From Nemertoderma westbladi (lineage: Eukaryota > Animalia > Xenacoelomorpha): a stretch of 64,000 nt of DNA. Below are positions 38,063 through 50,351 of this stretch, piece by piece. Under the pieces are notes generated by a model that searched no databases, had not been told where the DNA came from, and saw nothing but the letters and a program-made list of their open reading frames with translations. The stretch lies in contig JAUCBJ010003150.1 in NCBI GenBank assembly GCA_032718475.1, positions 1 to 64,000 on the forward strand, in the 5' to 3' direction. Position 1 is the stretch's first letter. Each line of letters begins with the position of its first letter. The translations under genes and the position numbers were made by a program.

Positions 38063-41000
38063 TTATTGGACGGATCCATCATGGATGTCCTTATTTCTCA
38101 CACGTGTTTTTGTGTTTGTTTGTTTGTTTGTTTGTTTGTTTGTTTGTTTGTTTGTTTGTTTGTTTGTTTGTTTGTTTGTTTGTTTGTTTGTTTGTTTGTT
38201 TGTTTGTTTGTTTGTTTGTTTGTTTGTTTGTTTGTTTGTTTGTTTGTTTGTATGTTTGTTTGTTTGTTTGTTTGTTTGTTTGTTTGTTTGTTTGTTTGTT
38301 TGTTTGTTTGTTTGTTTGTTTGTTTGTTTGTTTGTTTGTTTGTTTGTTTGTTTGTTTGTTTGTTTGTTTGTTTGTTTGTTTGTTTGTTTGTTTGTTTGTT
38401 TGTTTGTTTGTTTGTTTGTTTGTTTGTTTGTTTGTTTGTTTGTTTGTTTGTTTGTTTGTTTGTTTGTTTGTTTGTTTGTTTGTTTGTTTGTTTGTTTGTT
38501 TGTTTGTTTGTTTGTTTGTTTGTTTGTTTGTTTGTTTGTTTGTTTGTTTGTTTGTTTGTTTGTTTGTTTGTTTGTTTGTTTGTTTGTTTGTTTGTTTGTT
38601 TGTTTGTTTGTTTGTTTGTTTGTTTGTTTGTTCGTTCGTTCGTTCGTTCGTTCGTTCGTTTGTTTGTTTGTTTGTTTGTTTGTTTGTTTGTTTGTTTGTT
38701 TGTTTGTTTGTTTGTTTGTTTGTTTGTTTGTTTGTTTGTTTGTTTGTTTGTTTGTTTGTTTGTTTGTTTGTTTGTTTGTTTGTTTGTTTGTTTGTTTGTT
38801 TGTTTGTTTGTTTGTTTGTTTGTTTGTTTGTTTGTTTGTTTGTTTGTTTGTTTGTTTGTTTGTTTGTTTGTTTGTTTGTTTGTTTGTTTGTTTGTTTGTT
38901 TGTTTGTTTGTTTGTTTGTTTGTTTGTTTGTTTGTTTGTTTGTTTGTTTGTTTGTTTGTTTGTTTGTTTGTTTGTTTGTTTGTTTGTTTGTTTGTTTGTT
39001 TGTTTGTTTGTTTGTTTGTTTGTTTGTTTGTTTGTTTGTTTGTTTGTTTGTTTGTTTGTTTGTTTGTTTGTTTGTTTGTTTGTTTGTTTGTTTGTTTGTT
39101 TGTTTGTTTGTTTGTTTGTTTGTTTGTTTGTTTGTTTGTTTGTTTGTTTGTTTGTTTGTTTGTTTGTTTGTTTGTTTGTTTGTTTGTTTGTTTGTTTGTT
39201 TGTTTGTTTGTTTGTTTGTTTGTTTGTTTGTTTGTTTGTTTGTTTGTTTGTTTGTTTGTTTGTTTGTTTGTTTGTTTGTTTGTTTGTTTGTTTGTTTGTT
39301 TGTTTGTTTGTTTGTTTGTTTGTTTGTTTGTTTGTTTGTTTGTTTGTTTGTTTGTTTGTTTGTTTGTTTGTTTGTTTGTTTGTTTGTTTGTTTGTTTGTT
39401 TGTTTGTTTGTTTGTTTGTTTGTTTGTTTGTTTGTTTGTTTGTTTGTTTGTTTGTTTGTTTGTTTGTTTGTTTGTTTGTTTGTTTGTTTGTTTGTTTGTT
39501 TGTTTGTTTGTTTGTTTGTTTGTTTGTTTGTTTGTTTGTTTGTTTGTTTGTTTGTTTGTTTGTTTGTTTGTTTGTTTGTTTGTTTGTTTGTTTGTTTGTT
39601 TGTTTGTTTGTTTGTTTGTTTGTTTGTTTGTTTGTTTGTTTGTTTGTTTGTTTGTTTGTTTGTTTGTTTGTTTGTTTGTTTGTTTGTTTGTTTGTTTGTT
39701 TGTTTGTTTGTTTGTTTGTTTGTTTGTTTGTTTGTTTGTTTGTTTGTTTGTTTGTTTGTTTGTTTGTTTGTTTGTTTGTTTGTTTGTTTGTTTGTTTGTT
39801 TGTTTGTTTGTTTGTTTGTTTGTTTGTTTGTTTGTTTGTTTGTTTGTTTGTTTGTTTGTTTGTTTGTTTGTTTGTTTGTTTGTTTGTTTGTTTGTTTGTT
39901 TGTTTGTTTGTTTGTTTGTTTGTTTGTTTGTTTGTTTGTTTGTTTGTTTGTTTGTTTGTTTGTTTGTTTGTTTGTTTGTTTGTTTGTTTGTTTGTTTGTT
40001 TGTTTGTTTGTTTGTTTGTTTGTTTGTTTGTTTGTTTGTTTGTTTGTTTGTTTGTTTGTTTGTTTGTTTGTTTGTTTGTTTGTTTGTTTGTTTGTTTGTT
40101 TGTTTGTTTGTTTGTTTGTTTGTTTGTTTGTTTGTTTGTTTGTTTGTTTGTTTGTTTGTTTGTTTGTTTGTTTGTTTGTTTGTTTGTTTGTTTGTTTGTT
40201 TGTTTGTTTGTTTGTTTGTTTGTTTGTTTGTTTGTTTGTTTGTTTGTTTGTTTGTTTGTTTGTTTGTTTGTTTGTTTGTTTGTTTGTTTGTTTGTTTGTT
40301 TGTTTGTTTGTTTGTTTGTTTGTTTGTTTGTTTGTTTGTTTGTTTGTTTGTTTGTTTGTTTGTTTGTTTGTTTGTTTGTTTGTTTGTTTGTTTGTTTGTT
40401 TGTTTGTTTGTTTGTTTGTTTGTTTGTTTGTTTGTTTGTTTGTTTGTTTGTTTGTTTGTTTGTTTGTTTGTTTGTTTGTTTGTTTGTTTGTTTGTTTGTT
40501 TGTTTGTTTGTTTGTTTGTTTGTTTGTTTGTTTGTTTGTTTGTTTGTTTGTTTGTTTGTTTGTTTGTTTGTTTGTTTGTTTGTTTGTTTGTTTGTTTGTT
40601 TGTTTGTTTGTTTGTTTGTTTGTTTGTTTGTTTGTTTGTTTGTTTGTTTGTTTGTTTGTTTGTTTGTTTGTTTGTTTGTTTGTTTGTTTGTTTGTTTGTT
40701 TGTTTGTTTGTTTGTTTGTTTGTTTGTTTGTTTGTTTGTTTGTTTGTTTGTTTGTTTGTTTGTTTGTTTGTTTGTTTGTTTGTTTGTTTGTTTGTTTGTT
40801 TGTTTGTTTGTTTGTTTGTTTGTTTGTTTGTTTGTTTGTTTGTTTGTTTGTTTGTTTGTTTGTTTGTTTGTTTGTTTGTTTGTTTGTTTGTTTGTTTGTT
40901 TGTTTGTTTGTTTGTTTGTTTGTTTGTTTGTTTGTTTGTTTGTTTGTTTGTTTGTTTGTTTGTTTGTTTGTTTGTTTGTTTGTTTGTTTGTTTGTTTGTT

Positions 41001-41897
41001 TGTTTGTTTGTTTGTTTGTTTGTTTGTTTGTTTGTTTGTTTGTTTGTTTGTTTGTTTGTTTGTTTGTTTGTTTGTTTGTTTGTTTGTTTGTTTGTTTGTT
41101 TGTTTGTTTGTTTGTTTGTTTGTTTGTTTGTTTGTTTGTTTGTTTGTTTGTTTGTTTGTTTGTTTGTTTGTTTGTTTGTTTGTTTGTTTGTTTGTTTGTT
41201 TGTTTGTTTGTTTGTTTGTTTGTTTGTTTGTTTGTTTGTTTGTTTGTTTGTTTGTTTGTTTGTTTGTTTGTTTGTTTGTTTGTTTGTTTGTTTGTTTGTT
41301 TGTTTGTTTGTTTGTTTGTTTGTTTGTTTGTTTGTTTGTTTGTTTGTTTGTTTGTTTGTTTGTTTGTTTGTTTGTTTGTTTGTTTGTTTGTTTGTTTGTT
41401 TGTTTGTTTGTTTGTTTGTTTGTTTGTTTGTTTGTTTGTGTACACACAACTTCTTACACTTAATGTTGATGGAATTGGAAGAAACTTTGATGATAGTTCA
41501 TTATCGGACCAAGTTGTGTATGCAAGGTTTTGGTTGTAAGGGACCTGTTGGTTGCTTAGCAACAGTAAAATTAATTCTATAATGACCGATCATATTCGTA
41601 GAATTCACTCAATCAAAATTCTGTTGACACCCCATAGGGAGCATCTATTGTACATGCTTTATGCAAAATTTTGCTTTATTTCGTTTAGAATTGTAGAAGA
41701 TACATTTTTTAAAAACAGTGTTTTTTTAATACAATATACTACTATTTCAAGTGTACTTCGTTAAATGTATAATTTTGCGTTTTTCGTTATTAGGCTACAT
41801 GCCCTACATAGGCGCGTAAATTATTACAATATTACAACAACAATATTGATGGCATGGATCCGTCCATTATTGCCAGCTCTCGGCTGGCAAGCTTGTT
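38063..41897 (+). mobile_element. HINE/DINE-1-like non-autonomous Helentron with a hugely expanded internal microsatellite
   Basis: 13-bp subterminal IRs tggacggatccat (38067-38079) / atggatccgtcca (41854-41866); 5' palindrome atccat-c-atggat; microsatellite just after the 5' end; 3' hairpin ttgccagc-tctcg-gctggcaa (41870-41890) ending in a TT site. This is the canonical DINE-1/HINE layout. Confidence 0.8.
38113..41438. repeat. (TGTT)n tetranucleotide microsatellite, ~830 units
   Basis: Near-perfect, with one tatg variant (~38251) and a short (TTCG)7 patch (~38631-38658). Confidence 0.99.
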
Positions 41898-42289
41898 ATT
41901 CTAATAATTCGCCTAACATGTTTCTTCTAAGAACATTGATTTTGACAACCAGAAAGGTTAATGTGGGACTCGCAGAAATGAAAACGTCATTAACATTCAA
42001 GAAGTGATGATAGGCCACAACCCGATGGAAAGGGGCCACATCCATACAGATACTAAAGAATATATTATATATTAAATTTATTAGTTCACTTATTGTATTA
42101 CACTGCACTAGCCACATAGTTATCGGATAGTTATTTTGTCATGATGGGTTCAATTTTTTAGACCCTTGTTGGCATGAAGGCTTAATTGGTTTATTCTCAT
42201 AATGAGGCAATGATTATTCTGAAATGTACCCATGTGAGATAGGAGCAGTCAAGTACTGATTCCTGATTCCTCTATATTTATTCTAGAAG

Positions 42290-42536
42290 ATGAGTTAGAC
42301 TATCTGGGACTGTGCATTGCATTTTCCATTGAAAATGTATCATCCCTACTTTTATGTACTGTATATCCCGCATATATCACTCCCCAATCCCCACAGAACC
42401 CCTTTTTTGCTTCACTCAATGGACAGCTTATTTTGAACTTGACAATAACCTTCCCACAATAATTACAGGAGACCTAAACTCGATACTTGGCAATTTGAAC
42501 GAAGCGTGTCCTGTCCATCCTATAGATAAAGCCTGA
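42290..42536 (+). pseudogene. Possible decayed non-LTR retrotransposon APE endonuclease fragment
   Basis: Translates to ...IYHSP...LPTIITGDLNS, which resembles the YxxP and GDxN motifs of APE domains. Short and isolated. Confidence 0.4.
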
Positions 42537-43843
42537 AACTTAATATTTTTCTCAATCATCCGCGAACTCCAACCCAACTCTGTCGTTGAGTTAATCAAGC
42601 ATATAATTGCCTGAGTAAAGTTTATTTGATGATTATTTTCATTTTTTCCCAAAATAATAATTGACCCTTTATTAGCTTTATTTAAAGTCTATCGCAATAT
42701 TTTATCACAATTTTTTTGTTAGACATTATTTTAGGACCATTCTGATTAATATATTTAAATTTTATATACGTTTCTGTATTTCTATAGTAATATTAATCAA
42801 TCTCCTCTAACCATTTCATTTCATTTCATTTTCTTTTAATGTTTATTTATTCACTTCATAATTTGGTTTATTACTGAAATTGACGTTAATTTTTTTCCGA
42901 GTTATTACTTTTTTCCATTGATCTACTTTGGTTTTTTTACACCAGATAATATGATTCCTATATTCCTATGATAATATTATATAATTATTAGATTTTAAGT
43001 TATTTATTTATTTTTAGTAGGTAAGTTCTCCTTGATCTAATTATTTGTATATTTTTACCTAAAAACGTATAAAACGTTTTCTATTGTTATTTATAACACA
43101 CATACCGGAACCAAACATTTAAAAATAGTGTCAGCAATGTTAACAATACTGTAATTGTTAATGTATGTGACAAAATCTTACTAATCCACAAATTTCAATG
43201 AGCTTTTACCCACACAAATAAATGGACGAGATAAAAATGAATTTTATCCTCTCCAAATAATCATTTTCTGTAATGGATTTAATGCAATTCCTGGTTGTTA
43301 TCCTATCACACTGGTGAGTTATGGAAAACGGAAACCTTTTTCCTCTTCTAAACACAATGTTCCTTAACACCGTCGCTTACGCCGTATTGGGGGGTGTACG
43401 TTTGCGTGTGTGTAATGGGAAGGAATCTAAAACAACGGATCTAAGAGAGAGAATGTAATAGAATCAATACTTCCTGGCATATTTTACAAGGGACCTTAAA
43501 GCCACGATCCTTATACTTTGACTGACATGCATGCCGCCGACATTCCATATTTTTTTACCACTGGCTGGGACGGCTGCTACCGGAGAGCCCGAGGCTCGGC
43601 TCGACAGAGAATTATGAGGTATAGATAAGGCAGCCTATTTAATGGAACATAGAAACGAACATCAACACCAACAGAAAACCTCATAAATTATACAGTCTAG
43701 CGTCACCCCTGTCAAGTAGGCACTTTCCTTTGATCTTTTTTAGGTGGATTTTTAAAGGATTTTTCCAGGAGAACAGCAAAAGCTAGAACGATTCTGTTGG
43801 CGCGATCTTATAGATGACCTGAGCGCGATAGACAGAGCTGCGT

Positions 43844-44520
43844 CCAGTTACCAATTTCAGTCTCCAGTTACCAATTGCTGTCACTAGTTACCAATTTCAG
43901 TCCCGGGTTACTAATTTCAATTTCCGGTTACCAAATTAAGTCCCGGGTTACCAATTTCCGTCACTGGTTACCAATTTCAGTCACTGGTAACCAAATTCAG
44001 TTTACGGTCACCAATTAGAGTCCCAGTTACCAATTCGAGTAACTGGTTACCAATTTCAGTTTCCGGTTACCATTTTCAGTCCCCAGTTACCATTTTCAGT
44101 CACCAGTTACCAATTTTGTCACTGGTTACCAATTTCATTTTCCGGTTACTAATTTCAGTCACTGGTTACCAATTCAGTCCCCAGTTACCAATTTCAATTT
44201 CCGGTTACCAATTTCAGATTCTGGTTACCAATTTCAGTCACTGCTTATCAATTTCAGTCGCCGGTTACCAAGTTAAGTTTTCGGTTACCAATTTCAATTT
44301 CCGGTTACCAATTTCAGTTTCTGGTTACCAATTTCAGTCACTGGTTACCAATTCAGTTTATGGTTACCAATTCCAGTCCCCAGTTACTAATTTCAGTCCC
44401 GGGTATCCAATTTCAGTCACTAGTTTCCAATTCCAGTCCCCAGTTACCAATTTAAGTCACCGGTGACAAATTTCAGTCACTGGTTATCAATTTCAGTTAT
44501 CAGTTACCCTGGTTACTAAT
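43844..44520. repeat. Diverged 20-bp minisatellite, ~33 copies
   Basis: Consensus ggttaccaatttcagtcact; period 20 is visible, with many substitutions (old array). Confidence 0.92.
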
Positions 44521-45050
44521 ACTCAGAACCACCTTCGTTAACTCAAATAATCGAATAAATTTTGTTATATTATTTATAAGGTTATCTAAGGTGATCAATT
44601 GATTGAAAATCACCTTCTTTTTATTATAATTCCATTTCGTGTGATGTGTTTCGTGCCACAAATTTTTGTAGTAAAAATTGGGGGGTCTATGCGCCTGTCG
44701 ATTTATTTGAGTATTTGAGTATTGACAAGAGTATTTGGAACATTACACCCATGAATACTTATATATGTTAGCCTTCAGTATAAACAAAATAGACCTTAAC
44801 AAAATCAAGGTAGGCATTTATTTTTTACAATTCATTATCATTCATTTATGTGTTAATAATTACTCTAGTAATACCGAAATATTCTAGAACAATACCACAT
44901 GGCCAACGCAGTCAGCTATGCACTCGCATGGCGCAAATGCTCTATTTGTGCTCTCCACCTGAATATATTATTCTTATAACAAACCTGCCTATTAATAGGC
45001 CAGGGTAGTTCTTGTCAAGAGTTGAGCCGTTCAAAAACACGATGTGGTTA

Positions 45051-45077
45051 TGTGTGTGTGTGTGTGTGTGTGTGTGT
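45051..45077. repeat. (TG)n microsatellite
   Basis: About 13 TG units. Confidence 0.95.
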
Positions 45078-45138
45078 ACTGTATAAACATCCAATAATGA
45101 TAATGTAATGTAATAAATAATAATAAAGTAATGATAAT

Positions 45139-45210
45139 AAAAGCGCTTTGAGTATGCTGAGCGTAGAAAAGCGCTATATAAATAACCAATATTATTATTA
45201 TTATTATTAT
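45139..45210 (+). mobile_element. L2-clade LINE/SINE 3' tail
   Basis: aaagcgctttgag...gaaaagcgctatataaat stem-loop followed by (ATT)n, the typical 3' end of L2-type elements. Confidence 0.6.
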
Positions 45211-46011
45211 ACAAAATAACAGTGTTGATGTTTGATTACTGTCTGGGATAGAGTGAGACAGTAATATACTTGGCAAGTAATATACTTCTCTTCAGTTTGG
45301 GCTATCCATTCAATACATAGTAGTAGCTTACTAGGCCCTCATGAGTACCAGCAGCTGGTGTTTCTATCGTTGAATTGATGGCAATTTTCGTGTTTTGATC
45401 TTCACTCACTCAGGGTACTTGTTTGAGGGGCGTAGGTTCGTTTAAAGCCAGCTTGCTGATTTTCTAGTTTACATTAAGATCACAGTTTTAAACGATCTCT
45501 CTAGTATTACATGTTCGGATACGGTAAGGCCACAGACGTATGGTATCTGCCCTGCCTTATATATAATATAATAATAATGCAAAAAGTATAATAATAAATA
45601 TTTTAAAATCATTAAACTCTACTCACAGAGTTGGCGCAGAACCCTTAACATTGCCGCAAGCAGTTGGTGAACTACAATAATATAGTCGGTGCGATAGAAT
45701 TAATTTATATTCACAATGGATCGAAATATCATTATGGCTTCAAGTCCGGATTAGAAGTACTTGGATGTATTAAATCATCTGTCACATGTTTTATCAATGT
45801 TGTTCGAGATAAGCAAATAAAATTGGAAAGTAAAGTTGCAATCTTATAAATATGACAGTTTTGTTCAGGAAATCTTACCATGCTTTATTATAATACCTTA
45901 TCACTTTGTAGAATTCATTAAAACTGTCAGAAAACTGCAGGTTGTAACCCGTCATAGGATTTATCGAAAATGTGTTTTAAGACTTACAATTTTAGTGCAA
46001 CAATGTTAAAA

Positions 46012-46136
46012 GACAAAGTAAACAAACAAAGTAAACAAACAAAATAAACAAACAAAGTAAACAAACAAAGTAAACAAACAAAGTAAACAAACAAAGTAAA
46101 CAAACAAAGTAAACAAACAAAGTAAACAAACAAAGT
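46012..46136. repeat. 13-bp tandem repeat, ~9 copies
   Basis: Unit aaagtaaacaaac. Confidence 0.93.
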
Positions 46137-46759
46137 GTCCAGAAATTTTGTTTTGGCATCCGCTACATGTATAATCTTTCACAAATATTTCATGATATAA
46201 GTATTATTTCACAACCAATCCATTGTTCTCATTATTTGATTGTATTATTAGGTTGTTAATACATTGATGGGGGGGGGGGGGGGGGGGGGTACCCCCCCCC
46301 CCCCCCGCGCATTAATACGAAACAATACTTTTACAGTTTACACTATACATTACCTTTAAAGGTAATGTAAAAAGGTAAAAAAACGTGTTTTCAGGAATGG
46401 GGTAACATCCTTTGTTAAAGGTAATAATATTTAGTATTAAATAAATAATTAAATAGCATTATATTAAAAGCCACCCATGAAATTTTACATTTTTTTATTT
46501 TGTGTACAATGTGACACCAATGGAGCAAAATAAATCTGTCAATTTGTTTGGGGGAGTAAGTGATGAAATTTAGTAATATGATTAGTATTAAATAATTACT
46601 TAAATAGTATTAATTTAAAAAGCCACCCATGAAATATTTTAATTTTTGTCAATTTTTACATTAGGGGACCAACTAAGCTCAAAAAACTTATTTTCATGAA
46701 CGGGGTCCAACCTTTGCCAAAAACCAAGTTAAGCCCCACTGTGCTTTATAATTGATTAT

Positions 46760-47405
46760 ATATTTTACATAAATTTTTATTCCAAAATTGTAACATTACT
46801 CAACGCCAGTTAGTATTAACAGCGAGTTGTTATTTAGCACTTTACAACTTTAGAGGACATTACAGTATTGAACTGGCCTGTACATTTAGTATTGTATTAG
46901 TGTTGTAATGTCCCTTGTTTATGTGGTAACCAACGGCGGCAAGCTGTCAAGTTACGGCGTCATTGGTTACCACGTAAACAATAGGTGGTTTGTAAAATTA
47001 ATTGTCTGACAGCAAGATAGGCCTACTGCATTACCTACCGGTAGCTATTAATAACCAGTAGCTATAAACTATTATCATGGCTCCAAACGCCACCATAAAT
47101 ATAAGCTAACTTATTTATAACATAATTTATTTTATTATTATTTTATTTATTTTTGATTTATTTATTTAAACAACTAATTTAATTTGTGTAGTTTCTATCA
47201 CTTATAATATATATACAATCATTACGTAATGTTAAAATTTTGGAATAAAACTACATACATACTTGTTGGAAAGTACTTTACAGTGTTTTGATCCTCGTGG
47301 CTTTATTTTCACTCACTCACTAACGTTCGTTCGTGTAACAATGCCACTCGGATCATCACACTGTAAGGTGCTACTTTACACACAAGTATGTAAACAGTTA
47401 TTACG
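46760..47405. mobile_element. Palindromic non-autonomous DNA element (left arm truncated), family shared with 61298-61720
   Basis: tttattccaaaattgtaacattac (~46776) is inverted at ~47226-47250; central IR gtggtaaccaa/ttggttaccac; 46960-47405 is the reverse complement of 61298-61720 with scattered mismatches. Confidence 0.7.
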
Positions 47406-47437
47406 TTGAATTTATAATTTAATACTACTTAATATTA

Positions 47438-47523
47438 GGTCCCACCTTGGCATATTGGTATAATCCTTAGCCTCGAATTCGCATCTCTGCGGATGTCCTG
47501 GGTTCGAGCCTCGCAAGGGGCTA
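47438..47523 (+). pseudogene. tRNA-derived sequence (pseudo-tRNA or SINE head) seeding the 51-bp array
   Basis: A-box-like TGGCATATTGG (47448-47458), B-box GGTTCGAGCC (47501-47510), variable-arm-like hairpin gcatc-tctgcg-gatgt, and partial acceptor pairing gtccc..ctt / aaggg(a/g)c. The cloverleaf is imperfect. Confidence 0.55.
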
Positions 47524-50084
47524 GGCAGGTTGCATCTCTGCGGATGTCCTGGGTTCGAGCCTCGCAAGGGGTTAGGCAGGTCGCATCTCTCCGGATTTCT
47601 TGGGTTCGAGCCTTGCAAGGGGTTAGGCAGGTCGCATCTCTGCGGATTTCTTGGGTTCGAGCCTCGCAAGGGGCTAGGCAGGTCGCATCTCTGCAGATGT
47701 CCTGGGTTCGAGCCTCGCAAGGGACTAGGCAGGTCGCATCTCTGCGGATGTCCTGGGTTCGAGCCTCGCAAGGGACTAGACAGGTCGCATCTCTGCGGAT
47801 GTCCTGGGTTCGAGCCTCTCTAGGGGCTAGGCAGGTCGCATCTCTGCGGATGTCCTGGGTTCGAGCCTCTCTAGGGGCTAGGCAGGTCGCATCTCTGCGG
47901 ATTTCTTGGGTTCGAGCCTCGCAAGGGACTAGGCAGGTCGCATCTCTGCGGATGTCCTGGGTTCGAGCCTCGCAAGGGACTAGGCAGGTCGCATCTCTGC
48001 GGATTTCTTGGGTTCGAGCCTCGCAAGGGACTAGGCAGGTCGCATCTCTGCGGATGTCCTGGGTTCGAGCCTCTCTAGGGGCTAGGCAGGTTGCATCTCT
48101 GCGGATGTCCTGGGTTCGAGCCTTGCAAGGGGTTAGGCAGGTCGCATCTCTGCGGATTTCTTGGGTTCGAGCCTCGCAAGGGACTAGGCAGGTCGCATCT
48201 CTGCGGATGTCCTGGGTTCGAGCCTCGCAAGGGACTAGGCAGGTCGCATCTCTGCGGATTTCTTGGGTTCGAGCCTCGCAAGGGACTAGGCAGGTCGCAT
48301 CTCTGCGGATGTCCTGGGTTCGAGCCTCTCTAGGGGCTAGGCAGGTCGCATCTCTGCGGATGTCCTGGGTTCGAGCCTCTCTAGGGGCTAGGCAGGTCGC
48401 ATCTCTGCGGATGTCCTGGGTTCGAGCCTCTCTAGGGGCTAGGCAGGTCGCATCTCTGCGGATTTCTTGGGTTCGAGCCTTACAAGGGGCTACTACTACT
48501 ACTAGGATCGGCATGCTGCATTGCAGCTGCATTTTTAAGAATGATGTGCCGGCTTATCGACAAAATTGCACCGCCACAACTCCCTATCACCCATGACGTT
48601 TGCTAGATCATCCGCATCTTCAAGGCCAGTGTCCTTTAAGATGCGTCTCAAGAAAGTCATGGGCTGTCCACCATGCTTATTCACTCCATGATGGCTGCCA
48701 AAGTACAAGATTTATGCACTGGCTGGTCCTCACGGCGAAAGCAATGTCCTGCAAAGCGGGGGCGATTTTGTTCTAGTGTCAAGCTTGGGGGAACCAATGC
48801 GACACCTCCAATGTTATATAGTGTCTCGTTGGAGATGTGTGCATTGTACTTGACACAATGAACCCGGCGTAGCATTCTTGTGAATGTGCCATCCAGAAAT
48901 TTGGTGTCCTCAGCAGTTAGAGCCCAGCATGGACTCCCATAGAGGAGTACTGGAACTACTGCTGCTCTAAATAATCGGACCTTAAGTTTCCGATTAATTC
49001 TCGGTGAATTCCAAATCCTGGAAAGCCTATTCAAGGCTGCCCATGCCTTTCCCTTACGTATTCGAAGGTCCTCACCTGACTTCCGGATCCATGATCCCAG
49101 GTAACACAAGTCATCCACATGCTCAAGCATACCATCTTTTGAGCTTATGCTCATCCGATCAGAGACTTGCTGAGGACTTTCAAAGTTAACTGTCAAAATT
49201 TTGGTCTTTCTGGAGTTAATAAAAAGACCAACACTAGAAGCAGCATGTTCTAATGAGCTGAGGAGCCGTTGGACTCCCTCTAGTGATTCTGAGAGTACTC
49301 CTAAGTCATCAGCAAAGTCTAGATCAGTTAGGTACTTGGCAGGATTTCCTCGACTTCTGGAGCCAGGATTCCCCCGACTTCCCCCGACTTCTGGAGTTAT
49401 CATCACCCCATCATCACCATGATGATCCAAGGACATGCGTAGAACATAGTCAACAACAATTAAGAACAAGAATGGTGCAAGTGTGACTCCGTGGAGGACG
49501 CCCCATAACACTTCAAATGGTTCTGTGTCACCGTCAACAGTAGACACAAATGTTAGGCAGGTCGCATCTCTGCGGATTTCTTGGGTTCGAGTCTCTCAAG
49601 GGACTAGGCGGGTCGCATCTCTGCGGATGTCCTGGGTTCGAGCCTCTCTAGGGGCTTAGGCAGGTCGCATCTCTGCAGATGTCCTGGGTTCGAGCCTAGC
49701 AAGGGGCTAGGCAGGTCGCATCTCTGCGGATGTCCTGGGTTCGAGCCACTCTAGGGGCTAGGCAGGTCGCATCTCTGCGGATGTCCTGGGTTCGAGCCTC
49801 TCTAGGGGCTAGGCAGGTCGCATCTCTGCGGGTTTCTTGGGTTCGAGCCTCTCTAGGGGCTAGGCAGGTCGCATCTCTGCGGATGTCCTGGGTTCGAGCC
49901 TCTCTAGGGGCTAGGCAGGTCGCATCTCTGCAGATGTCCTGGGTTCGAGCCTCGTAAGGGGCTAGGCAGGTCGCATCTCTGCGGATTTCTTGGGTTCGAG
50001 CCTCTCTAGGGGCTAGGCAGGTCGCATCTTTGCGGATGTCCTGGGTTCGAGCCTCGCAAGGGGCTAGGCAGGTCGCATCTCTGC
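47479..50084. repeat. 51-bp tandem array (~30 copies), each with a Pol III B-box; split by an RTE insertion
   Basis: Unit tcgcatctctgcggatgtcctgggttcgagcctcgcaaggggctaggcagg; about 20 copies at 47479-48491 and about 10 at 49553-50084. Confidence 0.97.
48491..49552 (-). mobile_element. 5'-truncated RTE-clade LINE (RT C-terminal half)
   Basis: ORF 48681-49547: GVLHGVTLAPFLF, LDFADD, YLGS, LLYGS, FAGHCFR. The frameshifted continuation ends ...DRELWR...HHS*. (TAG)n tail at ~48491-48505. Confidence 0.93.
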
Positions 50085-50351
50085 CGTGGATCTTGAATTG
50101 TCTCTTAACCAGTACTGTAGCAGTTTCCTCTGGGGGTATCCAGTAGTTCTGGTATGACCGCAATGAAAATACGTCTTTCGAAATATAACGTCAGACTTTA
50201 TGCGTAATCCATGATCGGAGGCGCTAAGCTGCATGGTTTACATTCACGTTTTTTGGCTCTGTAGCATTAAAAAATAAACCAACCTTGTATGGTATTCGTA
50301 TATGGATACACTTAAAACACAGGTGGACCGTGGACACTATGGCATACACCA

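Noticed and set aside
38024-41582. Six ORFs of over 1100 aa (FVCL/QTNK repeats)
   Set aside because: Artefact of the stop-free (TGTT)n tract being open in all frames.
36573-42185. piggyBac-like element bounded by TTAA (TTAACCC... / ...GGCTTAA)
   Set aside because: The two ends are not good inverted repeats of each other and no transposase is visible.
46715-46743. CACAGTG RSS-heptamer/Transib-like end (minus strand)
   Set aside because: No partner end, no correctly oriented nonamer and no transposase; a 7-mer match is expected by chance.
47438-47523. Functional tRNA-Ser(CGA)
   Set aside because: A CTCGAAT loop and a long variable arm are suggestive, but the anticodon, D and acceptor stems pair poorly; kept only as tRNA-derived.
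47412-50163. 365-aa 17-residue-repeat ORFs on both strands
   Set aside because: The 51-bp unit is divisible by 3, so frames stay open by chance; the array is tRNA-like in origin and is interrupted by a LINE.
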